Assembly: GCF_018350175.1 (NCBI RefSeq)
Contig: NC_058368.1
Location: forward strand, 58,964,001-59,028,000
Direction of reading: 5' to 3'
From: Felis catus
Lineage: Eukaryota
DNA length: 64,000 nucleotides
Shown: in pieces, positions 1 through 12,322 of the stretch
How the letters are laid out: every line of letters begins with the position of its first letter
Position numbering within the stretch: the stretch's first letter is position 1
Program-made: the position numbers and the translations under genes
Notes under the pieces: model-generated
Database searches by the model: none
Told to the model about the DNA's origin: nothing
What the model saw: only the letters and a program-made list of their open reading frames with translations

Positions 1-57
1 CGACCTGATCCCTAATCGAGGGTTGAATGCTTAACTGACTGAGCCAACCAGGCACCC
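1..57 (-). mobile_element. CAN-SINE (SINEC), 5' head only, cut by the window edge
   Basis: Reverse complement reads GGGTGCCTGGTTGGCTCAGTCAGTTAAGC, the tRNA-derived SINEC head. Confidence 0.85.
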
Positions 58-1804
58 TGGGAAACTCTTATTTTGAAAAAATTTTCCTTTGTCATTTTTA
101 ATAAGATAAGGCCACATTTGTATGTTTTATATATCCAAATTTTTCATACAGATGTCTTATGTATTTTACCAAAATATTAGTTTATTAATTATATTTTTAA
201 TATCAAAATAAATTATTATACTATATATAGCTACAAAATAATATTATTATTTTGAGAGTTGGAGTTATAATTTTTTTTGATATTTGGAGCTATATACTAA
301 ATTAAATTAAACAAAGTTTCATGATTGCAAATAAATGCATAATAATCTTCCCTTTTATACATTTTCAAGCCCAGCCTCCTGGATAACACATACCTTCAGA
401 GAGAAAAATCATTTCTAGTGCCATGGGTATATCTTCCTGTTATTCTTATTTTTGCCTCACTTAATTTTAAACTGTTGCCAGTCAAAACAAATCTAGTTTT
501 TAGAACATTGTCATTTAACCAAAATACCCATAACATCTAGCCTTGAAGAAAAGTATTTTCATTAGTAGTTTTTTTATGTGTAAATGTTGAATATGAGAAT
601 GAACAGCAGCTTCCAACAAAATAACTTATAAATAATGATAGTGCAGCACCAATGCAATTAATTCATTGCACAGTCCCCCCTCCAGGAAGAATAGTGATAA
701 TCCAAGAGATTGATATCAAGTAATTAATAATTCAAGTATTTCATTTGTATTATTTATTAATAAGTTAATACAGATGGCAATAAATCTCATAAATGAGGTT
801 TAAGGAAAAGTGCAGAACAAATGCACTAAAAAGTAATGAGGCTTCTCATAAATATACTTTAAGATTAGATACAAAATTGCAGTTATCCAACACTTTATCA
901 GATGAAAGTACTTTTTAGAATATCAGACTAATATTAATAGGAAAATTAAATATTAAGAACTGATGTAACTGAATGTTTTGTGTATTTATGGAAAAATAAC
1001 ACTAAAACAGTTGCAAGGAGCACTAAGTAGATTACGAGGAGCCTAGTGTGAATTTAATATTAACCAAATGTCCCCCAATAAAAAGCATTACATAAAAATT
1101 CTCAAAAAAATAAGCAACAACATATTTTTTTAGTGAAACATGGTTTAAATATCCAGGTTTATATTTAAATAAATTTTCTGTAATTTTGTCAGTCTCAGTC
1201 TCTGGCTTTGGATAAACCCATCTTTCTGCTAAATAGAGTTATTAAAACCCTACATTGGATAGCACATCTAGATTCCTTAATGTAGTTCATACTTAATTAC
1301 CTAAATGTGCATGATCTCATTTGATTCTTTTTAAGAACAATACATTGAGTATACACCAGTCATTATCATTCTACAACTTTTAACAGTGAATATTTCAGAT
1401 TAAATAATGGATGCAGATTCATCAATTTAATAAACTGTAATGTCATGGATCAAACTTAGGACTTCCAAATTCATGTACTTCCAAATTCATCTTTGGATGT
1501 ATTATTGAGTCTCCTTGTCGGCTCTGACTTACTGCAGTCAGAGTACTTATGTAATATTAAATATAGCATTTTATTTTGTTAATTTAGATGGATAGCCACA
1601 TTATTCCATTTTAAGAGTGAAAATTAGTTCATATTTTTATTAACATTCTGAGGAAGTATTTTTCAGGGATCACATGATAGCTTTTACCCCAATTTTATAA
1701 CATAACCAACAAATCTTATGTCTTTAGTTGTAGTACATGTGAAATACTGAAATTATTCCTAAAAGAATTGGCTTTGCTCCCCATTCAAAACACTCTCCTA
1801 TATA

Positions 1805-3792
1805 CAGCAATCAGACAACAAAAATAAATAGAAGTCATCCAAATGTGGAAGGAAGAAATAAAACTTTCACTATTTGCAGGTGACATGATGCTCTATATAG
1901 AAAACTTGAAGGACTCCACCAAAAATCTGCTAGAACTGACAAACTATTTCAGTGAAGAATACAGAATCAATGTATAGAAATCTGTTGAATTTCTATATAT
2001 TAATGAAGCAGTGGAAAGAGAAATTAAAGAATCAGTCACATTTACAGTTGCACCAAAACCCATTAAGATACCTAGGAAAAACCCTAACCAAAGAGGTGAA
2101 AGACCTGTACTCTGAAAACTATGAAACACTGATGAAAGAAATGGAAGATGACACAATGAAATGAATAAATATTCCATGCTCATGGCTTGGATGAACAAAT
2201 ATTGTTTAAATGTCTATACTACCTAAAACAATCTATACATTTAATTCAGTCCCTATCAAAATACCACAAGAATAAAGCAATCCTAAAATTTGTATTGTAC
2301 CACAAAAGACTCTGAATAGCCCAGGCAACCTTGAAGAAGAAAAGCAAAGCTGTAAACATCACATTTCAGGACTGCAAGATACATTGTAAAGCTGTATGAT
2401 CAAGACAATATGGTACTGGCACAAAAATGGACACAGATCAATGGAACAGAATAGAAAATCCAGAAATTAACCCACAACTATATGATCAATTAATATTTGG
2501 CAAAGCAGGAAAAAATATCCATTGGGAAAAAGGCAGTCTTTTCAAAAAATGGTGTTGGGAAGACGGGACAGCAACATGCCAAAGAATGAAACTGGACCAC
2601 CTTCTTACACCAGACACGAAGAAAAATTCAAAATGGATTGAGGGACTAAATGTGAGACTTGAACTGTAAAAATTCTAGAAGATAACACAGGCAGTAACCT
2701 CTTTGACATTGGCCATAGCAACTTCCTTCTAGATATGTCTCCTGACCAAAAGGAAATAAAAGCAAAAATGAACCATTGGGACTTCATCAAAATAAAAAGC
2801 TTCTGCACAGCAAAGGAAACAATAAACAAAACTAAAAGAAAACTTATGGCATGGGAGAAGATATTTGCAAATGACATACTTGATAAAGTGCTAGTATTGA
2901 AAATATATAAAGAAGTTATGAAACTTAACACTCAAAAAAACAAATAATCTAGTTAAAAATGGGCAGAAGATATGAACAGACATTTAGATGGTCATATGAC
3001 ATATGGATAGTCAACAGACATATGAAAAGATGCTCAACATCATTCATCATCAGGGAAATACTAATCAAAACTACAATGAGATATCACCTCTCACTATCAG
3101 AATGGCTAAAACCAAACAATGCAAGAAATAACAGGTGCTGGAGAAGATGTGGAGGAAGGGGAACCCTCTTGCACTGTTGGTAGGAATGAAAACTAGTACA
3201 GCCACACTGGAAAACAGTATGGAGGTTCCTCAAAATGTTAAAAATAGAACTATCCTATGACCCAGCAATTTCACTACTAGGTATTTACCCAAAGAATACA
3301 AAAATAATAATTAAAAGAATGATATGTATCCTGATGTTTATGGAAATAGCCCAAGTGTCCATTGACTGATGAATGGACAAAGATGTGGTATATATATAAT
3401 GGAATATTACTCAGCCATAAGAAAGAATGAAATCCTGCCATTTGCAATGACATACATGGAGCTAGAGAGTATTATGCTAAGTAAAATAAGTCAGTCAGAG
3501 AAAGACAAATTCCATATTCCTTCACTCATATGTGGAATTTAATAAACAAGCAAAGGGAGAAAAAAAGAGAAGGAGGCAAACCAAGAAACAGACTCATTAT
3601 TATAGAGAACAAACTGATGGTTACCAGAGGGGAAGTGGATGGGAGGATGGGTTAAATAGGTGATGATGATTAAGGAGGGCACTTGTGATGAGCACTGGGT
3701 GTTGTATGGAAGTGAGTCGCTACATTGTACACCTTAAACTATATTACAATGTATGTTAACCAACTGGAATTTAAATAAAAACTTAAAAAAAA
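1805..3792 (+). mobile_element. 5'-truncated, decayed carnivore L1 (ORF2 C-terminal part, 3' UTR, A-tail)
   Basis: ORF fragments [39 protein letters not shown]; 3' end ...AACTGGAATTTAAATAAAAACTTAAAAAAAA; multiple frameshifts. Confidence 0.95.
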
Positions 3793-4104
3793 CCTGTTAT
3801 GACATTTTTTTAAACCTAGCCTTTCTTTATAAGCTCTATATTAGAGGGTAAACTCTTTTTCCTCTATTTTATCTTTTAGTATATATGTTTGTCTGTGGGT
3901 ATGTTTGTGCTATTTGTATTCCCAGATTGATCAGCATATACTAAAAACTAGTAATATGATGTTAGTTTAGTATTATGAAAATAAGGAAGTTTATAACCAA
4001 AAAAATTGTCTTTACTATATTTCAGCATTGCAAGCAAGACGGGTCTTTTGGCTGCTTTGGTGCAATCAGGTACACTTTACTTAGGATATCACATGTAATT
4101 GAAT

Positions 4105-4661
4105 TGAGAGACTGAATATACACACAGGCAATGGCCAGATCATATTTAAAAGCAGGACTTTGACACACAGCCTGCAGTAGCCTGCCAAGAAAACCAACCC
4201 TTTTATCTGTAATAAAGAACCTAGTAAGCCAGTCTGCTATCCATTAGACTTGCAGGAAGTCAGATTGCTATCTTTAGTGACAATCCAGAAAGCCAAGCAA
4301 TAACTTCTGTAACAGTTGGATCAAAATTGTCAGGACTTATTCGTAACTGATAGCTTCCCTAAATTTGTCCCCACTTCCAAGGAAGGATTGACCAGAGTAA
4401 AACAAATATGCATCCCTAAGCAATCATATAGGATTCCCTGCTTCTAGTTAGCACACCTCCAGCTTCCACATGCTAGTGGCCTTCCAACAGGACATACTTG
4501 AAGCCTTTCCTTTCTTCCTCTGTGACGCTTATCTACTCCTCTGCCTGTCTTTGAGTCTCTATCAACATGCATATGATGGCGGATGACTCTTTTGCTATAT
4601 AGTAAACCCTATATAAATAGCCTTTCCTTTTTCACTTGGCTGGTTGCTATTTATTTCTGTA
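4105..4661 (+). mobile_element. Solo ERV1-class LTR (MER89/MER90/MER110-like)
   Basis: Starts TGAGAGACTGAA, ends ...TTTATTTCTGTA; 4-bp TSD GAAT at 4101-4104 and 4662-4665; internal motifs resemble the recalled consensus. Confidence 0.75.
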
Positions 4662-4739
4662 GAATTGTCTTGAAATGGAGATTCCCATTCCTCCTTCAGA
4701 ATATATTAAACCCTCTAATCTTTACAATTTCATGTAGGG

Positions 4740-5003
4740 CAGTGCTACGCTAGAGATGTTAGGAGCACTCTAGCAAGAGGAAATTGGGGTGAGATCTTTA
4801 TACAAAAAAGGCAGAAGCAAAGTAAGGAAATCACTAGTTGTCTATAGCATAAAGCCTATTTGGTTGTCAGTGATTGGTTACCTGTAGCTTTTGATTTTGT
4901 AACTTTGAAGCATTTATAGGCTTAGATTTTGGTTTGCGTATATGGCTGTCAGAGCATTAAAGGCATCTCACCCTAATGGTCACCTTGTATAATTAATTTA
5001 ACA
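4740..5003 (-). mobile_element. ERV1-class LTR fragment (MER67-like)
   Basis: Reverse complement begins TGTTAAATTAATTATACAAGGTGACCATTAGGGTGAGATG...GCAAACCAAAATCTAAG, like the MER67-group LTR start; left boundary uncertain. Confidence 0.5.
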
Positions 5004-5449
5004 ATAGGAGAGAATAATCCTATTTTAAATTGATTATTTTATATAAATCAAATATATTTAAGGATATTTTTGTGCTTAGAAAGAATTATGTGATCTAACA
5101 CATTGACCTCATTATGATTGTGGGGAAGTAAAGAGATGTTGACACCTCTCAAAGAAAAAAAAAAACATTTTAAAACCAAAACCAACTCTTCCTTAGAGAG
5201 TAATATTCATAAACTTCAAATAAAATTGAAATTAAAATCATAATTTCAGACAGAACCAAGGCATCAATCAAAATAAAGGCTAGACATCATCATGTCTAGT
5301 GATGATAATACAAAATATAATTGAATGTCACAGAGGAAGTTAAGCAAATATAAACTAGAGGCAGATATTTTGGGGAAAAAACCCAAGAGATTAAATATGA
5401 AACTCTGGAACTATTTTGGAATCTTCCCTTTTCAGGGTTACTTAAAGTA

Positions 5450-5690
5450 ATTAGCTAGCCATTTTCTGCAGTTTTCTCAGAAAGTTGACCAGAATTAGCA
5501 TGACCAGAAGAACAGAGACATGCAAAATGTGCAAGAAGACTTATTTTGAAAGGCAAACAGGAAGTCTAACGTTATGTATCCTATTTATAAAGCTATTTGA
5601 ATTTTCCACTCTATTTTGTAGGATATGAAAAGGTTTTTGATAAAAGTATCTCTTCTGGGTTCAAGCACAGCACCACACACCTGCAACAGA
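5450..5690 (+). mobile_element. Possible ancient non-L1 LINE (RTE/L4-like) reverse transcriptase remnant
   Basis: Translation PLYFVGYEKVFD resembles the RT motif PLYxxFxDYEKAFD; otherwise highly decayed. Confidence 0.3.
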
Positions 5691-5698
5691 AATTAGCA

Positions 5699-5878
5699 GG
5701 GGTGCCAGGGTGGCTCAGTCAGTTAAGCATCCAGCTTTTGATTTCAGCTCAGGTCATGATCTCAGGGTTGTGGAACTGAGCCCCATGTCAGGCTCCACGC
5801 GGACAGCACAGAGCCGGCTTGGAATTCTCTCTCTGTCCCTCTGTCTCTGCCCCTCCTCTGCTCTCTGTCTCTCAAAAA

Positions 5879-5930
<52 letters not shown>
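5699..5930 (+). mobile_element. CAN-SINE with (TAAA)n tail
   Basis: GGGGTGCCAGGGTGGCTCAGTCAGTTAAG head, CT-rich body, long TAAA repeat tail. Confidence 0.95.
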
Positions 5931-6616
5931 ACATACTTAAAAATTTAAGAAAGAAACAAAAATCTAGATTGAGATCCAAGGATTTTCAGACAATATATCA
6001 TGTTTGAATAACAGTTAAGGATCTGCAGTATACTAGAGAGGCACTGTTTATTTGCTGTTTTGATGACCTATGAATGTACTGGATTTTGTATTTGTATAAC
6101 AAATAATGACAAGCAATTGTGTTTGTACAGCACACAGTCTTCAGTAATTATTGATTATATGTCATTTTCTCTGAGAGCTCTTATTATTCAGATATGATGA
6201 AATTTTAATGTTTTTAGAAAAACTTATCCATGTTTAAAAACTCCAAATATATATGATACTTGAAAATAGGACTTATTGTTTAAGTTATAAATACATAACG
6301 GATTTTCCTCAAGTCATGCAACCTTAGAACTTTATAACACTTCAGATTTCTTATGAAGAGTTAAGAAAGGAGCAAACCAGTCAAAAACTGTTAGCTTAAT
6401 AGATCAATAAATAGATTTGTAGGAGATTGAAGAAGCTGAGTCAAAGTTCAGTTTTGTTTTGAGAAATTTTCACTGTTCAAAATCTTGGAAGATATACTCA
6501 AAGTATGGATGTTACTCATAAGATGGCATGTAGGGACATTCAGACTATGGGTGTGGATGTGAAGTTGGTTGATTTTGTTTTCTTGTTTTTAAAGACTATT
6601 TATAAGAGCAGTTTTA

Positions 6617-6619
<3 letters not shown>

Positions 6620-6661
<42 letters not shown>
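6620..6661. repeat. (CA)n microsatellite
   Basis: About 20 perfect CA units. Confidence 0.97.
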
Positions 6662-6662
<1 letters not shown>

Positions 6663-8894
6663 TTGAAAAGAAGGTGCAGGGATTTCCCATATACCTCCTG
6701 CTCCACACCTGCATGGCCTCTCCCATTATCAACATCACTGGTAAGAGTGATACATTTATTATGAATAAACCTACATTGACACATAATAATCACCCAAAGT
6801 ATATGTTTACTTTAGGTTTTACTCTTATCATTGTACATGCTGTGAGCTGGGACAAATTTATAATGATGTATATCCATCATTATAATATTATATAGAGTAA
6901 TTCACTGCCCCAATATTTGGCTGTGTTCTGCCTATTTGTCTCCTCACCCCTAGCAGCCATTATGTTTTTATTGTCTCCATAGTTTTGCCCTTTCCAGAAT
7001 GTCAAACAGTTGGAATCATACAGTAAGCAGCCTTTTTACATTGGTTTCTCCCACACTTTAACATGCATTTAAGTTTTCTCCATTCTTTCCATGAACTGAT
7101 AGCTCATTTCTTTTTAGTGCTATATACCAATCCATTGTCTTGATGCAGCAGAGTTTGTGTATCCATTCACCAACCAAAGGACATCATACTTACTTTCAAG
7201 TTTTGGCAATTATGAAAAAGCTACCATAAACATCCTTGTGCAAGTTTTTGTGTAGACCTAATTTTTCAACTCCTTTGGATAAATACTAAGGAGTGTGATT
7301 GCTGGATCATAAGGTAAGAGCTTTTTGTTTTGTAAGAAACCACTGAGCTATTTTACAAAGTGGCTGTACCATTTTGGATGCCTATCAGCAAATTAAGAGA
7401 GTTCCTGTTTTTCTGCATCCTCAACAGCATTTGAGGTTGTCAGATTTCCAGATTTTATCAATTTTAATACCTGTGTAGTGTTATCTCATTGTTTTTATTT
7501 GAATTTCCCTGATGCATTATGATGTGAAGTATCTTTTCATGTGCTCTTTGACCATCTGTATATCTGTTTTTATATCTTTTATTATCTTTGTCTTATTGCA
7601 TTAGCAGAGATTTCCATTGTGATTTGAAAAGCAGTGGTGAGTGAGAATGTCCTTACCTTCTGCCTGATTATAGTGGGAAAGCTTCTAATGGCATTAGTTA
7701 AGGTCTTTGACCTATTTTTTAATCAGGTTGTTTTTTTTCTTTTTGTTGAATTTTGAGAGTTCTTTGTATATTTTGGATAACAGCCCATTATCAGATGTGT
7801 CTTTTGCAAATATTCTCTTCCACAGTATGTCCTGTCTTCTTATTCTATTGGCATTATCTTTCACAGATGTCTTTAATATTAATGGGGTTTTTTGTTTTAA
7901 TGAAGTCCAGTTTATTAGTTATTTAATGGATTGTACCTTTGGTGTTGTCTCTATAAAGGTATCACAATACCCAATCTAAATCATCAGCTGTGTTTTATTC
8001 TAGGAGCTATATACTTTTGCATTTTACATGTCAGTTTTCGACCTATTTTGAGTTAATTTTAATGAAGCATGTAAGGTTTATTTCCAGATCTTTTTTTTTT
8101 TTAATTTGTGCATGTCCATTTGTTTCAGCTCCATTTGTCTTTCCTCCTTTGTCAAAGATCAGTTGTCTGTATTCATGGAGACATATTTCTGCACTTCCTA
8201 TTTTGTTCCATTGATTTATTCAACTCTCGCTTTGCCAATAACAAACTATTTTGATTGCCATAGATTTATATATAGTAAGTCTAGAAATTAGGTAGCATCA
8301 GTCCATCATTTGTTTTTCTCCTCTGATACTATGCTCTCTTATCCGAATCTTTTGCCTCTGCACATGATATTTGGAATCAATTTGTCAACATCCACAAACG
8401 AACTTGCTAGGATTTTGACTGAGCTTGTGTTGAATCTATAGATCAATTTGGGAGATATTGACATCTTGACAATTTTGAGTCTTCCTGTCCACAAACATGA
8501 AACATCTCTGTTTGTTTATTTATTTGATTTTATTCATTAGAGTTTTTTTTTAGTTTTTTTTCCATATAGGTCCTTTACATATTTTGTTAGATTTATACAC
8601 AATTACTTCATTTGGGAGGAGGGTGTTAATGTAATGGTATTATGTTTTATGTTTCAGATTCTATTTGCCCACTCATTGTGTATAGGAAAGGAATTGACTT
8701 TTGCATATGAATCTTGTTTTAAGTGCACAACTTGTTTTAATCACTTACTGGTTCCAGTAATTTTTTTGTTGATTCTTTTCAGATTTTCTAAGTAGAAAAT
8801 TATATCATCTATGAACAAAGACAGTTTTACATCTTCCTTTCCTGTTTTTATATCTTTTATTGTCTTTGTCTTACTGCATTAAGAGGGATTACCA

Positions 8895-9111
8895 GGGGTG
8901 CCTGGGAGGCTCAGTTGGTAAAGCGTCCGACTTCAGCTCAGGTCATGATTTCACACTTTGTGGGTTCGGGCCCCACATCGGTCTCTGTCCTGACAGCTTG
9001 GGGCCTGGAGCCTGCTTTGGATTCTGTGTCTCCCTCTCTCTCTACCCCTCGCCCACTCACACACTCTCTCTCAAAAATAAACTTTAAAAACAAACAAGAA
9101 ATTAAAAAAAA
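8895..9111 (+). mobile_element. CAN-SINE inserted in the old L1
   Basis: SINEC head and A-tail; TSD AAGAGGGATT(A/T)CCA at 8881-8894 and 9112-9125. Confidence 0.95.
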
Positions 9112-9421
9112 AAGAGGGATTTCCAGTATTATTTGAAAAGAGGGACCATCCAGTATGGATATCAGTGAGAATGTCTTTACCTTCTGCTGATTATAGTGGG
9201 AAAGCTTCTAGTTTCTCAGCATTATGATATTAGTTGTAGATTATTTATTTATTTTTTGTAATTAAGCTTTTTCAGTGTGACCAAATGAATTTTCCTAGTT
9301 TACTGGGAATTTATATCATGAGTGAGTGTTGGTATTTTTTTAATGCTTTTTTTGAATCTGTTGATAGAATCATGTGATTTTTCTTTTTTAGTCTGTTAAT
9401 GGAATGGATGACATTAATTAC

Positions 9422-9616
9422 TTTTTTTTAATGTTTATTTTTAAGAGAGAAAGACAGAGCATGAGCAGGGGAGGTACAAGAAAAGATGGAGACACAGAAT
9501 CCAAAGCAGTCTCCAGGCTCTGAGCTGTCAGCAGCACAGAGCACAACGTGGGTCTGGAACCCATGAGCCGTGAGATCATGGCCTTAACTGAAGTTGGATG
9601 CTAACTGACTGAGCAC
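9422..9616 (-). mobile_element. CAN-SINE, slightly 5'-truncated
   Basis: T-tail, GAGACACAGAATCCAAAGCAG, TGAGATCATG, AACTGACTGAGC. Confidence 0.9.
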
Positions 9617-10178
9617 CAAATTCATTTTTCAATGTTGAACCAGACCTGCATACCTAGGGCATATACTGCTTGTTTGTAATGTATAATTACTATTTTGCAT
9701 TTTTAGGTTTGGTTTGCTAAAGTTTTGGTGAAGATTTTTCATCTATGTTCATAAGAGGTGTTGCTCTGTAGCTGTCTTTTCTTGTAATATCTTTGGTTTT
9801 GGTATTAGGTTATTGTTGTCCTCATAGAAAGAGTTAAAAAGTATTCCCCTTCTTCTATGCTCTGAAAGAGATTGTAGACATTGGTAAAAATTATGCCTTA
9901 AATGTTTGTAAAGTTTAACAGTGAATCATCTGGGCTTGGCACTTTCTGCTTTGGAAGATTATTATTGATTGATTTAAAAAAATAAATGTAGGCCTATTAA
10001 AATTGTCTTTTTCTTCTTGTGTGAGTTTTGGTAGGTTGTCTTTGAATGATTTAGTCATTTCACCTAGATTATCCAATTTTTGAGCATAAACTTATTCATA
10101 GTATTCCTTATTATTCTTTTTTTGTTATTGGATCTTTAATGATGACTCCTTTTTCAAGTCTGGTATTAGCAGTTTGTG

Positions 10179-10180
<2 letters not shown>

Positions 10181-10219
<39 letters not shown>
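10181..10219. repeat. poly(T) tract
   Basis: About 39 consecutive T. Confidence 0.95.
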
Positions 10220-10220
<1 letters not shown>

Positions 10221-11148
10221 TAGTTAGCTCAGCTAGAAGTTTACTGATTTTGTTTATCTTTTCCAAGAACCAGATTCTGGTTTCATTGATTTCCTCTGTT
10301 GATTTCCTTTTATTGATTTTCAATTTAAATTTCTTTTTTTTTAACCTGTCCAATGATGAGAGATTAAAAAGCTTAGAAAATTGAAAATAAATAGGCACTA
10401 ATACGTCTTTCTGGTAAAAAAAAAAACTTTAATTTAATGGAAATTTGTCAATATCTATCAAGCATAAATAGGAGGATAATCCTGAATTTGAAAATATGGT
10501 TTTGTAATTCAAAATTAAAGCATTATTCTGCCTATATTTTTAGTGAAATACGAGCTTGAAAATATTTTATTATTAATGTTCATGGGGGAAATTGTGATCA
10601 AATTATGTAATGATGTAAAAAATGTAATTCTATATGGATGATATCACTCATAAGATTTTTTGTAATGAAACAGATTCAAATGGGTGATTTGAGGCTTTTA
10701 TTTTAGGTGCATTTTAGGTGCATATTATTTTCCCCTTTCCAGAGTTTGTTTTAAAGCATGTAAGTTAATTTTATAATTAAGAAAAATATCATTATTTTTC
10801 TGAGAAACTTAATGAAGGTAGTTCAGATCCTGAGCAGCGAGTAGTTTAGAAATCAACATCATTTAAAACAACATTGACTCTGACAGTAAAAAAGGCTCTA
10901 GAAAGACATATTGCAAATTTTATGAAGAGGTGGTCTTCAGCTAATGTGATTAAGTTAACATTTAATATTTTGTAATTTAATATAATTTTCCTAAGTATAT
11001 TTATCAATGATGGGAAACATTTGTAATTTTGAAATGAAGGAGTATATGTTAATAATATGAGAAGAAAACAAAAATCTGTTTACTTCATGATATTAAAAAT
11101 ATGAATTACTATAAATAAAGATTTCTAAAACTCCTAATATTTTCCTTT

Positions 11149-11162
11149 TTTTTTCAGTTGAT

Positions 11163-11193
<31 letters not shown>

Positions 11194-11315
11194 TTTTGGC
11201 ATTCTAGCATTTTTTTTATATATATGAAATTTATTGACAAATTGGTTTCCATACAACACCCAGTGCTCATCCCAAAAGGTGCCCTCCTCAATACCCATCA
11301 CCCACCCTCCCCTCC
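11149..11315 (-). mobile_element. Very short young felid-type L1 3' end with extra 3' sequence, in an 18-bp TSD
   Basis: ATGAAATTTATTGACAAATTGGTTTCCATACAACACCCAG matches the L1 ends at ~33060-33125 and 39340; TSD CTCCTAATATTTTCCTTT at 11131-11148 and 11316-11333. Confidence 0.9.
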
Positions 11316-11567
11316 CTCCTAATATTTTCCTTTAGAAATCTAACACTAACATTGGGAAGTAAAATTAATTAAAGGGCACATTTATACAAATGTTTAATTA
11401 TAGAAAAAATAATTGGATCTGTGGTAAATGAGCCATGAAGTCAGATATTTGTGCTATAAAAATCACAAGTGTCTTTATTTTATTTCTACTTAGAAGATGA
11501 CATCGTCTTCCTGTAGCTGCTAAGACAGTGATTTATGGACTACTGTGTCTTAAAATCAACTCAACTC

Positions 11568-11615
<48 letters not shown>
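11568..11615. repeat. (TA)n(CA)n(TA)n compound microsatellite
   Basis: Directly visible. Confidence 0.95.
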
Positions 11616-11616
<1 letters not shown>

Positions 11617-11640
11617 TTTTTTCAAAGAGTATAAATGTAA

Positions 11641-11834
11641 TTTTTTTAAAGTTTATTTACTTATTTTGAGAGAGGGAGAGATGCAGAGAGAGAGGTAGAG
11701 AGAGAATCCCAAGAAGGCTCTACACTATTAGTGCAGAGCCCAATGTGGGGCTCAGTCTCATGAATCATGAGAGATCATGACCTGAGCCAAAATCAAATGT
11801 CAGATGCTTAACCAACTGACCCATCCAGGTGCCC
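11641..11834 (-). mobile_element. CAN-SINE
   Basis: T-tail, GAGAGAATCCCAAG, GATCATGACCTGAGCC, CCAGGTGCCC. Confidence 0.9.
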
Positions 11835-12154
11835 GATGTGGTCAATTTTTTAAAATGTGAAAACAAGTGTTAAAGAGGATCTGGAGAAACAGGGATGCTT
11901 TTGCATTGTTGGTGAGAGAGCAAACTGGTGCAGCCACTGTAGAAAACAGTATGGAACTTTCTCAAAAGGGTAAAAATGAAACTACCTTATGATATAGTAA
12001 TTGTCCTCCTAGTTATGTACCCAAAAAATACAAAAACATTAATTCAAAGGGATGCATATACCCCTATGTTTATTGTAGTATTTTTATTTATAATAGCCAC
12101 ATTATTGAAACCGCCTTGGTGCCCATCCATAGATGAACAGATAAACAAGAAGTG

Positions 12155-12158
12155 GTGT

Positions 12159-12241
<83 letters not shown>

Positions 12242-12250
12242 TACATACAC
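12155..12250. repeat. (TG)n(TA)n(CA)n compound microsatellite
   Basis: Directly visible; self-complementary arrangement. Confidence 0.95.
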
Positions 12251-12322
12251 AATGGAATATTATCCAGCTCTAAAAAATAATGAAATCTTGAAATTTACAA
12301 AACAGTGATAGAACTAGACAGT

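Larger units (their letters stand above)
6585..10340 (-). mobile_element. Old eutherian L1 (L1MC1-like) 3' UTR and ORF2 remnant, interrupted by two SINEs
   Basis: L1MC-type 3' end (GAGCAGTTTTA..., CCCATTATCAACATC, ATCACCCAAAGT); minus-strand ORF fragment EINETRIWFLEKINKISKLLA; collinear with 55410-58745. Confidence 0.85.

Noticed and set aside
1461..1490. Small tandem duplications (ACTTCCAAATTCAT x2; also near 38258, 45493 and 63025)
   Set aside because: Ordinary slippage events with no further structure
5699..5790. tRNA-like A/B boxes
   Set aside because: tRNA-derived SINE heads, not tRNA genes
8860..9136. ORFs resembling small proteins (VKRPTSAQVMIS...), also at 18101, 33789, 36548, 51425, 53224 and 57079
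   Set aside because: Translations of CAN-SINE sequence
10111..12308. Poly-K/F and CV/HT-repeat ORFs (also FFLS repeat at 61172, HHH at 24018)
   Set aside because: Produced by homopolymers and microsatellites
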